64,000 nt of DNA, from contig MNCI01001519.1 in assembly GCA_015680685.1 (NCBI GenBank), forward strand, positions 263,318 to 327,317. The letters are read 5' to 3'. The notes under the pieces are model-generated. The model was given only the letters and a program-made list of their open reading frames with translations. It had not been told where the DNA came from and did not search any database. Source of the DNA: Gnetum montanum (taxonomy: Eukaryota; Plantae; Gnetophyta). This document shows positions 49,591-64,000 of the stretch, one piece after another. Position 1 is the stretch's first letter. Every line of letters starts with the position of its first letter. The position numbers were made by a program, and so were the translations under genes.

Positions 49591-52399
49591 AATTCATATG
49601 ATATAATTATAGCATTAGTCATACATATTAATTATCATCAAATCCATGGCCTCTCTTAACATTCTTGTGGTAGCTTTAGGTGACAAAGTTGTAAAGTATG
49701 TTTATGAACTTTGTCCTTAAAAGCATATTATTTTGACATTCTAGAAATAAAGTGCATGATGAGATGGTTAATATAAACTAGTATATATGTGTGCGTATAT
49801 CTTTAACATTTGGATGTGAATTACATGAATTGCCCAACTTGATTCTTAGATGAGTAATAAGTCTATTTTTGATTTCCTAGATCAAATAGTCCTTTAGCCA
49901 TGTTTTGTTAATTGAATTTTTTTAAATTGAAAAAGATAAATTCATTTGCTTGTTTAGTTGCACCTATACAAGGGTATTTCTTTTCCAGAGCATCTCCATT
50001 GAAGGTTTAATGAGGAGCAACATTTTGTTGCATCAAAAGTCACTATCATTTCCTTGTAACCCTTTACATTCACTATTTTTTCCATCAACATAAAGTTTTT
50101 GAATCATATCTAAAGGAAACACTTTAATAGTGTTCAATAGTCAATTTAAAAAAGAAGTAAATGCATTCTCTAGAATGATTTTTAGTTGAAAGAGTCCTTG
50201 TCAGTAATATTGAAAAAAACTAGTGGATCAATTGATTTCTTTTGAAGCCATTTTTATAAATCAATTGTTAAAAGGCATTTTGAAGCTTCATATTGAAGAG
50301 TAATTGATGAAATATTTGAAGCTTTCATACTATTTTTAAAATTAGGAAAAGCTTTGTTATTTTACCGAGCTTGATAATGATACTTCTATATAAAATACAA
50401 GCTTTCATTAATAGAATATACCATCTTCTTTTTCACATTAACAACTATATCTTGGAGCAAACTAAAACCTAGATAAATACTAGGTGTCTAATATCAAATA
50501 AACAAAAAAGCAACATATATATGTTTGAAGTTAAATTGCAATTCCAATAAACATGTTGAAACAAATCTTGGTTTTAACAAAGAAATAAACATGTTGATTG
50601 ATGTTTTAATATAATGAATTTACTTGTTATAAGAAAAAAATTGATCAAGATATAGCAATTTTTCTTTAACTAATCTATGAATTCTATTAGAGAAATAAGT
50701 AGCCAAAGGTTTATTGTCAATACTAAAAGCTAGAAATCACCTAAAAATAACTTTGAAGGTTGTCAATATTAAAGATATTTAAACTTTTCATTTCCGTTTT
50801 TTTGTTTTTTCAATCTCTTTGTCAATGTAATCAATGTCATCATTATTCTGCTATTAGTGTGACAATGCTACCACCACCATGGTAAAGAAGTAATCAATGT
50901 CTTAATTAACTCATGAATAAATTCATTAATAACATTGTTAATTGTTTCTTTCATGTTATGTTTGGTTATAGCGGTTTAACTTATAGACACATCATTTCAC
51001 ATGACTTAAATAACCTCCAAAAGTTGGATCTAGATGGATAGAGTGATCACACTTTCCATTTGTCTCGTCACAAGGTTACTACACTAAACCTCTTGGAAAC
51101 TTAACATGTATTAGAGTAGGATGGTGAGTAACTTTTGAAATTAAAAGTGGCTCCTAAGGAGAATTAAAAGAAAGAATCTTATATAGCCATGATGAAGGTG
51201 AGAACTTGTGTACATTGCCTAAGAGTCAAGTTTGAATGCTTTAAATTATAATATATTAAAATTATAGATGAGATTTCTACTTCAAGGTAATGGCGTTGAG
51301 GAAATATTGGTGGAAATCTTTGTGGTGGATAACAACCTTGAGTGTGTTTGGAGAATTTGTGTAGCTCATGAAAAACTAAGTGATGGGTAGTGAGTATGTC
51401 CAACATTCCATCATACAATCTACAAGCATTGTGGTAAACTATGTCATAATCTGTGGATGGTACTATTGTTATTGTTTAGGAAGTTGGTGGATAATTGTAG
51501 ATCATTGTATTTTGACTTGGACTAGGAGTGGCTCTATTATGTATGGTTTAGTCCAAGGTGAAATGTATGATTGTGATGTTGTTTGATCATTGATTAAACT
51601 AATTATAAATAGAAAAATTATTTAATTAGCCTAATAAGTAACAAAATAAAGTCTATGCTAGTATAGGATGATAAGTGTCCATTCCCAACTTGTCATACAC
51701 ATCTTGAACTCACGTACCCACTATTGAGATTACCAAACAATATGCTATTGGACGAACCAAGTACTAATGTTGTTGGAATTACTAAGCAATTATGTGTTTA
51801 TGCTCAAAGTTGGTCACATTCATTCCACCATGATTTAATGTGCATAAAACTGTAAATGCTATGCTAGGAAAGTAGTAAATAAGCATTGAAAAATAAATAC
51901 TAGAAAGAAAATCTAATCTAAGTTAGAGTGCTCCAATGGTATGAAATCAATCTCAATCTTTATTGTTGCTCATGAAATGTGTTAAGGTACATTCCACTTG
52001 AATAAAGACTCTAGATGACCAATTCACAACCATACTATGGGCACTCAATAACTGCTAATAAGAATCGAAAAATGCAATTGCAAGAGCCTGGCTACCTACT
52101 ACATTTATGATGTCATATATGTAGCATGTGGGTAGTATTTATAGGCCTAACTAACCATTGTGATTTGCAATATCGTAGTTAGCCAATTAACTATTCATCA
52201 TACCCTCTTAACTTAGTAAAAACTTGTTCTCAAGTTAAATAAAGTTAAGACATAGTTTGTTACAAAACTGTGGGAGTGATACTAATAAATAGATAGATAG
52301 ACTAACTAGTTAGATGACTAAGTGCTATATTACAAAATTTTATTCGAGTGGTTATAAAAGATTGACAAAACTTTAAACAAGTATAAAAGAATTATAAAA

Positions 52400-55300
52400 T
52401 TTTCAAGAATCTTTAAAATTGCCATTGAATAATCTTTAGCTTATCTCTGGTAGTGGTGACTCCTTAGCTCTTGGTGGCTCTTGCAATAATTTGGTTGGCA
52501 TTTCTCCCTTCATGCAGAAATATTACAAGAGAATTATGAATTTCTCATTGTTGATTTGTGGATCCCCTATAGTCCAAGCAAGCTTGGCCAATTTATCAGT
52601 CATTAGGACATTCCACAAATATAGTAGTTTCAAAAACATTTTATTAGCTTTGCATGAACTAGGTGGAAAAAGCGGTAAGCTCAACCTCGAACACTTATAA
52701 TCATTTCTTAATCTCCTGGTAGTTAGCCATTCTTTTTATCAAGTCTTTTACAACATCTCTTTTGACCAATGTATTGTGCTCTAAGAACCACCAACTTCAC
52801 GCTTGTTGATTGCAATTTCTTCTTGGCCTAGTCATAGAGTTGGAACTCACATTTCTAGAGCACAAACATGGTGGCAAGTTGCTTCTCTAGGCCTACTCGT
52901 TGTCAACATGATGAGATTGGTGTAATCAAGGTTAGCCAGCTTCATGTAGTAAGTCATCTTCTCAATCTACAACTCTTTTATTCATTTTCATTTTGCTTAA
53001 TTCATTACATTAATTCTATTAAGGATGCTCTTCTAGATAATGTGCAATGATTATTGCAAAGTGGCATTCAATTGGGTTTTGGTCATTTTGATCTCTTTTT
53101 CATTAATGTCTTTCTATATATTAACCTAATCTTTATAGTTGATGAGGAAATCAACTTATCTCTTTGATGTAAATTGTATCCTTAGTGTGTTTAGAGGCCA
53201 TTGGGAGTCTATGGTATTAATTTGGGATAATCTAGATGTCATTTGAATGAATTTTATATTTTGGATAGTCTACTACCAAGGATTGCTAATTATAGTCACT
53301 CACAATCTGGAGACTACTAGCTCATGCTAATTACAATAGCTTAGAGTCTCAAATTATTGGCTCATACTAGTAGTAGCAATTGGCAATTGAAGAAAATTCA
53401 CTTTTCGAAAGTCTCGAATGGTTTACTAATGTAGGGAATTGTAAGCCATAGTTTACTCACAATGGAGAGTTTCTAGGAAGATGAGAGTTGCAATTTGATG
53501 GTAATTAGAAGTTAACATATTGATGTCCTTAAAATTGTTGACTCTAGCTACAGTTTGATCATAGTTTGAGATTATTAGCTCATGCTAGTCACAATAGCTC
53601 ATAGTCTACAAAAAGTCAAATTTTAATGAAGATACATGTGTGAAAAGAAAGCCCAAAGATTACCATGAGGTTATAAAAGCTAGAGGAGGTCTCTAATGTC
53701 AATGCCCTACATTTTTTCTTATCATGGAAGTGTGAGAGAGCTCTAAATGCATGGGAGAGTCTCTTCCTTATGTGACCATTATTTTGTATACTTACCTTGA
53801 GCAATTATGATCTTTAGAAGTTGTGAGAATGAGAGATTATTATGGGTTTCATTCTAAATCATCAAAGGTTGTTGTTTCCAACATTGTACTTTGAATTTTA
53901 GCATGAAATAAAGGAGGTTTCTTTTCTTACTTATGCTTATTTCCTTTAACTTTTTAATCTTGAGTTTCTAAGGGAATCTTGAAATGTTGATGTGGGATCC
54001 TTACTAGTAGTATTTTTTGAAAATCTCTTATGTTGTAGCTTCATTTTGCTATACTCTAATTTCAATCATGAACCTCTAGTAAATCACTCAAACCTCTTCC
54101 ATGGATAGGCTATAGTTCTCCCTGGCTAACTTTATCTCCAAATTTACCTTGACCTATTATTCTTGGTGATGGCTTAAGCTTGCTTTCATTTTTACCTTTT
54201 CTTTTTCCACTTGAATCCATCTTTAGTTTTCTACTATCATGTCTTTATTCTCATCTTGCAACATGACAATGGTCTTTTCCAATCCATGTGACTTTGCATT
54301 TGATTGAGATGCATTCCATGTTGGATTTTCCTTCTTCCACTCAATTTTTCTATTTCTTGGCCATCAAGTATTTAGTCTCATCAACATCAAATTGGCCAAG
54401 CTGCTTAAGAGCAACAAATCACATGGGGTTGTTAAGCTTACCATAAAGTTGGGCCACTTCATCTTGTAATTTTTGTCTAGTTTGGCTTGCTGTAATTGGG
54501 TTTCAGATAACACTAGTGTTTTCTTAGTTCTAATCAACATAAAATGTAGGGTAGTGATATCTTCAAGAATGTTGAGTATGTTCTATATTGTTTACCTTGA
54601 TTGTAGCAATTTGTCTAATGCATCTTTGTGCTAAACTTTGATCATGCTTCCCTCTCCTTTGATCCCTGTCCCTATAGAAATTTGGATGTCTTCGATGACA
54701 ATGAAATCAGGAATCAATGCCATAGAAAAGTTGAGTGTTGTAAAAATGTGATCAGTAAGTAACTTTGCAGATCCTTCAGAGCCTTCATGGACCATCAAGA
54801 TAATGGTTCCATCCTCGCCAAATTTCAAAGTGACTTGAAATATGATTGTAGTTTTAGAGATCTATATCTAGTCATCCCTTGTGTTCATTAAAATTTGCTT
54901 AGTTCAAGGAGCCATTACAATCTCAAGCTCATCCCTAATGATGTTGAACATGTTTGCTAAGTCTTGTGGCCCCAAATCACAACTGGTGACAACTCTTGCA
55001 AATGACTTATTACAAGGTGATAAACTCTAGGATCAATTGTAGGTACTTGAGTACTAGTGCTTATAATGCTAGTTCACATTGTATGAAGTCCAACAACTAT
55101 GGTCCTTATTGTTGGAATAGATGTTATTAGAGTTGATGTTCTAGTTATGGCAAATGTGCTCGTTGGTGCGACCTTAGTGTTTGGAGGTGGCAATACCTCT
55201 TGATCCTTACACACTAGCATAACTTTCATGATCTCAAATCATAAAGCATTTTGGATCCACTTAACAGTGTCATTTATGTATCCTACAATCCATGCTCACT

Positions 55301-55450
55301 TACATAACTTTTAGATCAGGTAAGGGAACAACAGATTTTTCTTCCCATATCAGTTTTCTTAGAATTTTCACTGAATCTTGAGGAAGAGGAGATGAGCTAG
55401 ATTTACCAAGTATCACTAGCTTAGGATTACATAGCCATGGCCTATGAAAG
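52400..55450 (-). mobile_element. Highly degenerate LTR-retrotransposon gag/pol-like remnant
   Basis: CpG/CpHpG-depleted coding-like texture and a possible zinc-knuckle relic near 53765-53795. No intact motifs; family not determined. Confidence 0.35.
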
Positions 55451-58400
55451 ATGAGATTCTATTTAAGTACATCATGGGAAAGATGTGATAAGCCTTGATC
55501 TTAAAATAGACTTTCTCTATTTTTGTTAAAGGCTTATATTCCTTCTCTCAAATACTATAGGTTCTCTATAGCCACATAATTCTATTACTAGTATTAGAGT
55601 GGATGGATNNNNNNNNNNNNNNNNNNNNNNNNNNNNNNNNNNNNNNNNNNNNNNNNNNNNNNNNNNNNNNNNNNNNNNNNNNNNNNNNNNNNNNNNNNNN
55701 NNNNNNNNNNNNNNNNNNNNNNNNNNNNNNNNNNNNNNNNNNNNNNNNNNNNNNNNNNNNNNNNNNNNNNNNNNNNNATTATAATTTTTAAATTTAATAA
55801 ATAAATATATTAATGAGATATTATCATCAAAATTCAATAAAATTAAATTATAAATTATAAGAAAATTAAATTGAGCTTTATTCATTGTGCAAACACTAAC
55901 TTCACATTAATCAAAAGGTTTCGATATGTGAAAGCATAATAGTACTTTAACAGAGTCTCATTGCATGATGAAGTGATGACTCAAAAATACAAAGGGAAAT
56001 AAATGGCACACTTATGCAAGAGAGGAGGAGAAATTATCATAAAAAATGCAAAAGAAAATTTTTAAATAACTAAATCCCCCTTTAGCTTTTTTCTTAGTGG
56101 TGAAGCAACATAACATGTAAGGCAGTGCACCATGTGAGGTAGTGAATAAGATAAGGCAACACTAATGATGTATCACCACTTACTAAAACAAAGTCCAAAC
56201 TATAGGTTTAAATGCACACAAATAATTTCATGCATTCGAGTTTACATAGAAAAACAAAATTTCCACTAGATGTCTCATCATTTCCCCATGATTCAATTAA
56301 GCTAGTTCTTTAGCTTACAACTGTAAAAATTATACTAGGTATAACTTGACTTATGATTGGCATAGAGGAGCTACAAAAAAATCTGACACAAGACCAAACA
56401 TAGAGTTGCCACCATAAGAAGAAGCACTAGGAGTGGTGGCTATGGTGAAACAACCCCAAGCATGCTTGATGTGTATTGAGGGTATGCTAGATGTCTTTGG
56501 GATTGCTCCTCTAAGCTCATCATCCTTACTTGAAAAATCCAATGATTTCACATTAGTCCTTGCTCCTACAGTTGTGCCCAATGTGATTACTTGCTCTCTA
56601 GTTTGCATTGATCATGACATCAATTTACTTTCATGAGCTTAGGTTGCATGAGTTTCAACCTTCTTTTAGACATCCTCTAAATCAATGAGATCTACTAATA
56701 GATCATTTAGGGTGGTTGTTGTTGTGCATGTCCTTGACTTGGTATTTCAGAAGCGAGATTTGTGACATTATGCTTGGTTACAAAAATTCAGCTACATCAG
56801 GTTTAACTGGTGGTTTGAATGTTGTATCTTTTAACTTGTTCCACCATGGAGGCTTAAGATTCATCATATTCATCTAGTCATACCCTTTGGTGCATGTAAC
56901 ACAATTGTTGGAACTTGATTTGCTATGAAAAATGCTGAAAAATCATATAAGTTCCTCGAGATTCTATACATCCATTGCAAAAAATGCTAGCAAGAATGAT
57001 GAAAAGCATAAAACCCAGGATAACATGTGAAACATCATCATAGTTAAGGTTCCAACACATGTAGGTATGCAAAACATAATTTTTTTTAAAAGCATACCTG
57101 ATATTGTTCCTCTACAAAATTGAGGTACAATGCACCTAACTCAGACAAGGAAAATAAGCATTACTACTATCAACAAGGGCACAAAAACAAAAACAACAAA
57201 AATGAAAAAAAATAAAAATGAGAGTGATACAAATCAAGGTAAAATGATCAAAAAAACCAAGACAAACTGCCAACAAAATGGAGAAGAAGGAAGAACAAAT
57301 TATATATATATATAATTTTAATTATTATTTATATATAAAGATANAAAAAATCTAAAAAAACCAAAATATAAAAATATAAACAAATTAATTAAAATATAAA
57401 TAAATAAATAAAGTATAAAAATTAAAATATATAAAAACAAGATAAAACTAAATTCAATAAAGGAAGATAAAATAGCAAACATTTAAAAACTTTAAATAAA
57501 ATTAAAACAAACAGAAATAATGAAAAATAAAATTAAAATGAAATGTTGGCCAAACACCCAAACACTAGTCATCAAAGGCATGGAAAAAAAATTTAAACAA
57601 TGTAATCACTGAGCATAATGCTACAATAAAGTGAAAACTTGGAAAATCATAAAATCTCATCGTCAAAGTATTAGAGAGGGAAAGAGAAAGAAATGAACGG
57701 GACCATAAAGGATTAAAATTAAATACATATTTAAATTCAAAGCTATAAATCAATTAAGCAATCAAATATGAACAAGAAAAGAAATATCCTTATTAATTGC
57801 TAATGCATATGAAGTTGTTACTACCTAAGCATGAGACCAATTAAAGTGCTTTATGCAATGCAACCACCACCATCCTATAAAAAATTTAGCATCAAGCTCA
57901 TTTGCTCATAATGTTGAACCATCAAGACTTTGTAAGTAGATCTTCATCATAGCAGGCTTCTGCCCTTCTTGGCCTTATGAATCCTGTTGGTGAGATACTT
58001 ATGGATTCCCAACAATTAATGAGACATTAACATTAAACCTGAGTCCATCCTTTGAATGGCCAATTCTCATCCTCTACTTTACCTTGGTCAACATCTTGCA
58101 TGCATAATGATGAACTAGAGATGCACTAACAAGAAGGAAATGGGATATTTGAATGGACTAGAAATAAGAAGGGAAATACAATATTACTAGGTCCTAACCA
58201 ACAATTCAATTAGCTCATGGGAGCACAAGAACATTTATCACACTTTATAAGGGAATCTTCTTTCGGTTCTCTTTATTACTACTTGCCCAACTAGTGAGGA
58301 TAGATCTCCAAGTTTCCTTTTAGAGATGCAAAGTAGCACTACCACTTCCACTGTCATTTAGCTTTAATTATTCCATGGTCTAACTATTAATGAAGCTAGA

Positions 58401-59699
58401 TTGAGTGAATTGCTATAAAATCATCCAAAAGCCTAATAATTTGGTTTGGTCATTTTCCTTCTCTACACATATGTAGGGTAGGTTTCCAAATTTAATGCTA
58501 CTAGAAGCCTTTCTTCAAGCCCTGTAGTTGTGCTAAATAATCAAATCCATACATTGTCCTTTGGTTGGGTAATAAACATGAATGTCCCATCATTGTCAAA
58601 TAAGATTTTGACCTTTGGATGGAGACTTGATTGAAAGTAACATTTAACTTTACTAGAGTTTCCTCCAAGAGTGATTTCTACGTTTTCAAAGCCACTAGAT
58701 CTAGTGTAGTGCAATGATTAATGATTGTAGATTTACACTTATTTGGTATTCTTAAGTAACTCAACAAGTTGATCATAGACAAATCATCTTGCATAGATGG
58801 TACACCTACCAATTTGAGGGACATATACAAAACTCATCTTCATATTAATTGTGAGCAACTAAAAGGTCTTGAGGTTGGAATGGTAATGCTACCAATATGT
58901 GTGGACCAAAACTACAAGAAAACATTTGTTGCTCATATCTTCACTATCTCATTGTTTATTTTTCCTTTTCTTTTTTTTTTCTAAATATATTTTTTGAAAT
59001 ATTTTTATTTTTGTTTTGTTTTATTTTTTCTTCTTATTAAATTTTCTCTTTCTTATTTTTTTTCTTTTCTTCTTCTCTCTTTATTTTCTTATTTCATTTT
59101 TTTTTAAAAGAGAAGAGGATCATTACTTTTGAAAAATCAGCCCTTTGGAGATGCTTAGAATTCTTTGTTATTACATGGAGTTCTTGACATGCATTTGATG
59201 AAACATACCCATGAGTTCAATGTGACTATCATAGGTTCATGAAATCACGAACCTTCTTTGATGACTATGGTAAGGAAGGCAACCACAAACACACATTCCA
59301 ACCCCATCAATCAAGATCCATTCCAATGGTCATAGGATCCCTTGATGGTACATCCTTTTTTAAACCACAACCAAGCACTCAACTAGGCTTCCAAAACTCA
59401 CACCTTAAAGTCTAGGCCAACAATATCCTTGCATAAATCCAATAGTAGTAACTTCCCTACTTGTGGCATAGGATCTAGCTTCTTATTGAATATATGTTTG
59501 ATTCATTAATAATGGTAGAAGAAAATGGGATAGATAAATTTGCATTATGTGTGAATTCCATCAACCAAAGTTTCACATTAGACCCATTTAACACTCTTGC
59601 AGCATCATTGCATTTGTAAGCTTACCCATCCACCATTTGGCTCTAAGAAGAAGCATTTATAAACCATATTAATTGATGTAATTTTCAATTCATGTAAAA

Positions 59700-61352
59700 T
59701 CAGGTTGGCTTTCTTGGTTGGCTCTACAATCAACAAGGCTGCACGTTTGGGTTTTAGTTTTTTGGCAGAGCCGTGGTGGCTACAGTGTGCCCAAGCAGCG
59801 CAGTTGCACGCTGCATTTTTCATTCTGGGTTTTTTTCATAACAAAACGATGTGATGACTGGGAAGGCGGCAACAAAAAACCCCAGATTTGGGTAGATTTG
59901 ATTGCAGTGCTTGCGTTTTGTCTACCGTTGATCTTTAACTCGGGATTCTGTTTCTTTACGGCCAGATTACCAACGTTGAGCCTGTTCAAATGGACATGGA
60001 GCTTCCTTCATGCAAGGGTATGGACAAATCCTCAGCGTCTGCTACTTCTTCACTTCAGGGAAGTTCTCCCAACTTAGAATCTTTGGATTTTCTTTTACCT
60101 GATGACATCTTTGAATTTTTTTCTCAATATTTTTCTGCATGCTTTATTTTTTTTCAAATAGTGGGTTTTATATCCTCGATTATTAAGCATCAATTTGCAT
60201 ATTAAAAATATTTTACAAACCCACGAGATACAGGTCTTACATGCTCGATACTATGCTTGTAATCTTGTCCTCGCTGAACTTTCTGAGGCTTCTCACATCG
60301 AGAAAGCTCTCTCTCTTTGGATTTTTCCTGCTCGTAATGCTACACCTATTGTCCTGGCTTGGAAATTTGATTTCAATGTCAGGGACCCAACCTTTAATAT
60401 CATCCCTTGTTATGTAGAGCTACCTAATCTTCCTTTAATCTTTTCATCTGTTGAGCGAGACATAGTTAGCACCTTAGATCGAGTCATCTCCAACCATGGA
60501 ATTGAGGTTAACGAGGCTCACTTTAGTCGCTACTGTATTGAACTTGACATTTCCCAAAAGAAAACCACTTTAACCTTAGGAGCTGGAGGCAAAGTTTTTA
60601 CTCAAAAGGTAGACTATTTTTATCTTCCCAACTCTTGTAGCTACTGCCATCGTGCAGAGAACCACATTTCTACCTGTCCCTTTCTAGCTAAAAAAAAATC
60701 CCAAACTAATCCTTCCAAATCCAGTCCTGTAGTCACTCCTCAACCTAACCCACCACTTGATCCCATTAAGTTTGGTTCTACTTCTAATAATGCTCCACAC
60801 CTTTCTTTCTCGTTTGCTTCCTCTAAGGCAAGAATCTTCCAATCCCATTCTCTCATTAAGGCCAGGTCCAAGGAACCAATAATCCAATCACAATCAATCA
60901 AAGATTCACTTTTACATGATGAGTTTGTAATGGTAGGGGGAAGGAAACAAGCCAAAGCATCTAAAACCACTACTCCCCCTTCCTCTCCTTCACCCAAAAA
61001 TAACCCAGCTTTAACTTTAATACAAGCAACTCCTTTGCAATTCTTTTCACTACTATGATGAATGACATTCCTAACCTAGATCCTTCTACTGTCCTGTCAC
61101 TCATAACATCTAGAGCTTCTCCGTGAACCTCCTATCTTGGAATGTCCGAGGCCTAACTGATAGGCTTCATTGCAAATGAGCCAACAACTTCCTCTCTAGT
61201 CTAAATATGACTTTGAATTTTCTCCTTCTTCAAGAAATTAAGATCTCAGCTGACCAATTATCTCTTTCAGCCCATTGGTTTCTCCCCCATTCTTTTGTTC
61301 TCACTACTTCTCATGAGTGCGACAAAGGTGGAGCAGCCATTCTTTTTCCAGC
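59700..61352 (+). mobile_element. L1 LINE 5' part: ORF1 (DUF4283-like + CCHC knuckle) and start of the ORF2 endonuclease, interrupted by an LTR element
   Basis: ORF 60195-61058 has PCYVELPNLP...RYCIELD...QKVDY...CSYCHRAENHISTCP. ORF2 begins (V)NLLSWNVRGL at 61123, followed by LLQEIK and GGAAIL. The 5' boundary is approximate. Confidence 0.85.
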
Positions 61353-64000
61353 TGATGAGTCATGAATTTGCTGGCTATGATATCACTACCATGATACCAC
61401 AGCCATGATATCCTAGTGGCTGTGATATCATAGCCATGATATCACTTCCATGATATTGCATGGGCTATGATATTGCGTCTGTTGCAATATCATGTACGCG
61501 ATGTATCATACGCGATATCGTGTCTTTTCCTGCGATATCGCGTTGCGCCGCCAAATCTATAAATAAGAGGTGGCTCTCCCTTGTTTCTTAGTTTTATGTT
61601 AGATTGTAGCAAAAATCTGGCAATTTCCTCCCTCTAGACATAGAATATTTTCCAGTGTCTGCCCACAGTGTGGTGATTGTAATTGTATGACATCCTTTAT
61701 TTGAGTGTGACGTACTTGGACATGCACATGACTAGCAATAAAGATCAAGATTACTTCATCATTGCAGCATTTACTTTGTTTATTTATTTATTTAATTGTT
61801 ATTTATTGCTTTCCTAGTTAATATCTTCTCATCCTTATCTCCTAGCAACGCGGAATGAGAACGACTTAATTACGAGCATTTAAGTGTGACTACTTGGTAA
61901 CCCAGTGGCATACCTAGGATCTGCGCTTGGTAATCCGAGTGGTAGTCATGCACAAAGTCCAAGATGTATACGGATAATCAAGGAATGGATGCTCATCGCA
62001 CTTAGGCTAGATTAGATTCTTTTACCCTTTCTCTCTTAGCTTAGATAATATTACTTTCTATTGCCTTCAGGAGTAGCATTAGATTAGGAAACCCATCATA
62101 CACCTCACTCTAGACTAAATCATACATGATAGATATAATACTAGTACAGGTGTGAAGACAGCGAATTGTGACCTAAGGATAACTGTCTAGGTGGCACAAC
62201 TAGTCCGTTTGCAGAGTTCGACCAGATCATGTGTGTAACGCTCGTATTTGTATGGTTGAGTGTAGGGGTACTTCGCCACTCATCATTGGCGCCATTGCCG
62301 GGGACGGTGCTAGTTATCTAGATTAGTTATATCATATAAGGTTGCTATATAGGAATTAACGATATATCTTTTAAGAAGAATTAATTATAAAAAGTCACAT
62401 ACGAATTCACACACAGCTTCACAATCATGCCTCTCCTACAAGACTATAATAATACCACATCTAGTGAGGAAATTCATTGGAGAACCAATGAATTATTTGA
62501 TAATGAAGATTGGAGTACACAACCTGAAGTGGGGGTTTCTTATAAACATGAATGAAAAAAATGTCATCACAATGCACGAAAGCATAACTTACCTGATGAC
62601 GATGAACCCCCATTGGCCACTATAAGCTTCACGCAAATACAAGAGGCCGTTCGAATCTCACGTAGGCATTGTAAAGAGAGCTGCCTACCCAAGCTCGATT
62701 TAAACAACTTCCCTACTTTGTCAGGAGGCTATGACTTATATCCACATCAACATTTACAAGCCTTCTACGATGCCTACACATGGAACAACATTGATAACGG
62801 GTGGCAAAAACTTAAACTCTTCCCTATGACACTCGTTGACCAAGCAAAAGTATGGTATAGATCGTTAACACCAAATTCAATACGACGTTGGTCAACAATG
62901 GTAGAATGCTTTAACAAAAGATATCAAACCTACGCAAGAGTGTTAGCCTTGAGGAAACAAATCCAAGAGTGAAAAAAAGCACAACATGAACCCTTGGACA
63001 TGGCCTTAGAAAGATATTATGCATTGTTAAAGAACTGTCCGGGCCATGGGTTTTCCGAGGAAAGGAAAATGTATCATATCATTGATGGGCTACGTAATGA
63101 AACAAGAGAGACCTTAGGAATGTATGCCCAAGGTCAACTATATGAACTACGAACCCATCAAGTTTAGGAGCTTATTAAGCGGGTAGAAAAAGAAGAAGGA
63201 GAAATTGCTAGATGGGAGAGTGTTGAAAAACATCAATGGGACCAAAGTCTTAATTTAATAAAGGTCCATGATCATAAAAAGGAGAAATCAACCAATTTCA
63301 AGGTGGAAACATCATCTTTACCAATACAACAAACATTAGAAGAAGTCGAGGCAAATATCAATAAGATGTTGGAATGGATGTATCAAAAGTGTGGAGAGTT
63401 CATCGATATCATTGAAGGTAGAGTTTTGACAACCCAAGAAGCAGGACGAAATAGTAAACAATCGAAAAGAAGGGATAAGAAAAATAAGAGCTTAACTACT
63501 GATCATACATATGAATGCAACATATGCCTATATGATCACCCCAATGTTCAATGCCCAATCTTGTTACATTTACATGAGCATTGGAGAAACACATTACATC
63601 CAGAGTTCGTACAGAGATACTATGTTTGATCATAGTGGCAACAATCCCAGTCATGGGGGAGACCACCCCTAAACTAGAGACACCCTTCTTATCATCCGAA
63701 TCCAAATGCTTATCTTGTTCAACATCCTGTTTCTCCAACTGAGCCAACACACTTTATCTCATCACAGTACCATTCTCCTCAATACTATCAGCCCATACCT
63801 TCAACGCAACCACTACCTTGTGCACCTTATACTCCTCCTCACTTTCAGCATTCTCATTCTTTTCCTCCTTCTATAGTGCCACCAACTGTTCCTAAGGTGT
63901 TTGCACCACAACAAAAACCCATGAATGTTACTTGTGCTCCTGTTTCCAATAGTAGTGAAAATCCTCCTCTACATCCAAAGCGTCCCTTCTTTAAACATGG
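61353..64000 (+). mobile_element. Athila-type Ty3/gypsy element: 5' LTR 61353-62285, tRNA-Asp PBS, gag (with stops); runs off the window end
   Basis: LTR termini TGATGAGT...ACTCATCA; TATA at ~61557; PBS TGGCGCCATTGCCGGGGA at 62287-62304. Retrotrans_gag motif KLKLFPMTLVDQAKVWYRSLTPNSIRRWSTMVECFNKRY (62613-62972). Confidence 0.9.

Noticed and set aside
55900-59600. Probable degenerate LTR-retrotransposon internal sequence (similar texture at 2200-3750)
   Set aside because: No diagnostic motif was recognisable by eye, so it is left unannotated.

Overview
Repeat-rich, gappy land-plant nuclear DNA. The large TE-filled introns could fit a seed-free vascular plant or gymnosperm, but that is a guess. 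I reconstructed one intact host gene by hand: six exons on the + strand (11687-49109, 476 aa, all junctions GT-AG and in phase). It encodes an acidic N-terminus, an F-box and an isolated cullin N-terminal repeat-like region, with no cullin C-terminal/RING-binding half. Its 27.6-kb intron 4 holds five insertions (A-E) of an unusual L1-type LINE family. After RT and zf-RVT, the family's ORF2 continues into a plant-transposon (Transposase_32/PMD-like) domain, a coiled coil and a C-terminal DnaJ/J-domain, with HPD in two copies and HLD in a third, degenerate one. This J-domain LINE is the most novel-looking system here, and the F-box-cullin fusion is second. Also present: a TSD-flanked Ty3/gypsy element carrying an Euonymus-lectin (EUL) pseudogene, an endogenous caulimovirid fragment, RTE and copia remnants, tRNA-derived SINEs, and an L1 interrupted by an Athila-type LTR element. 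All domain calls come from motif recognition by eye; no searches were run.
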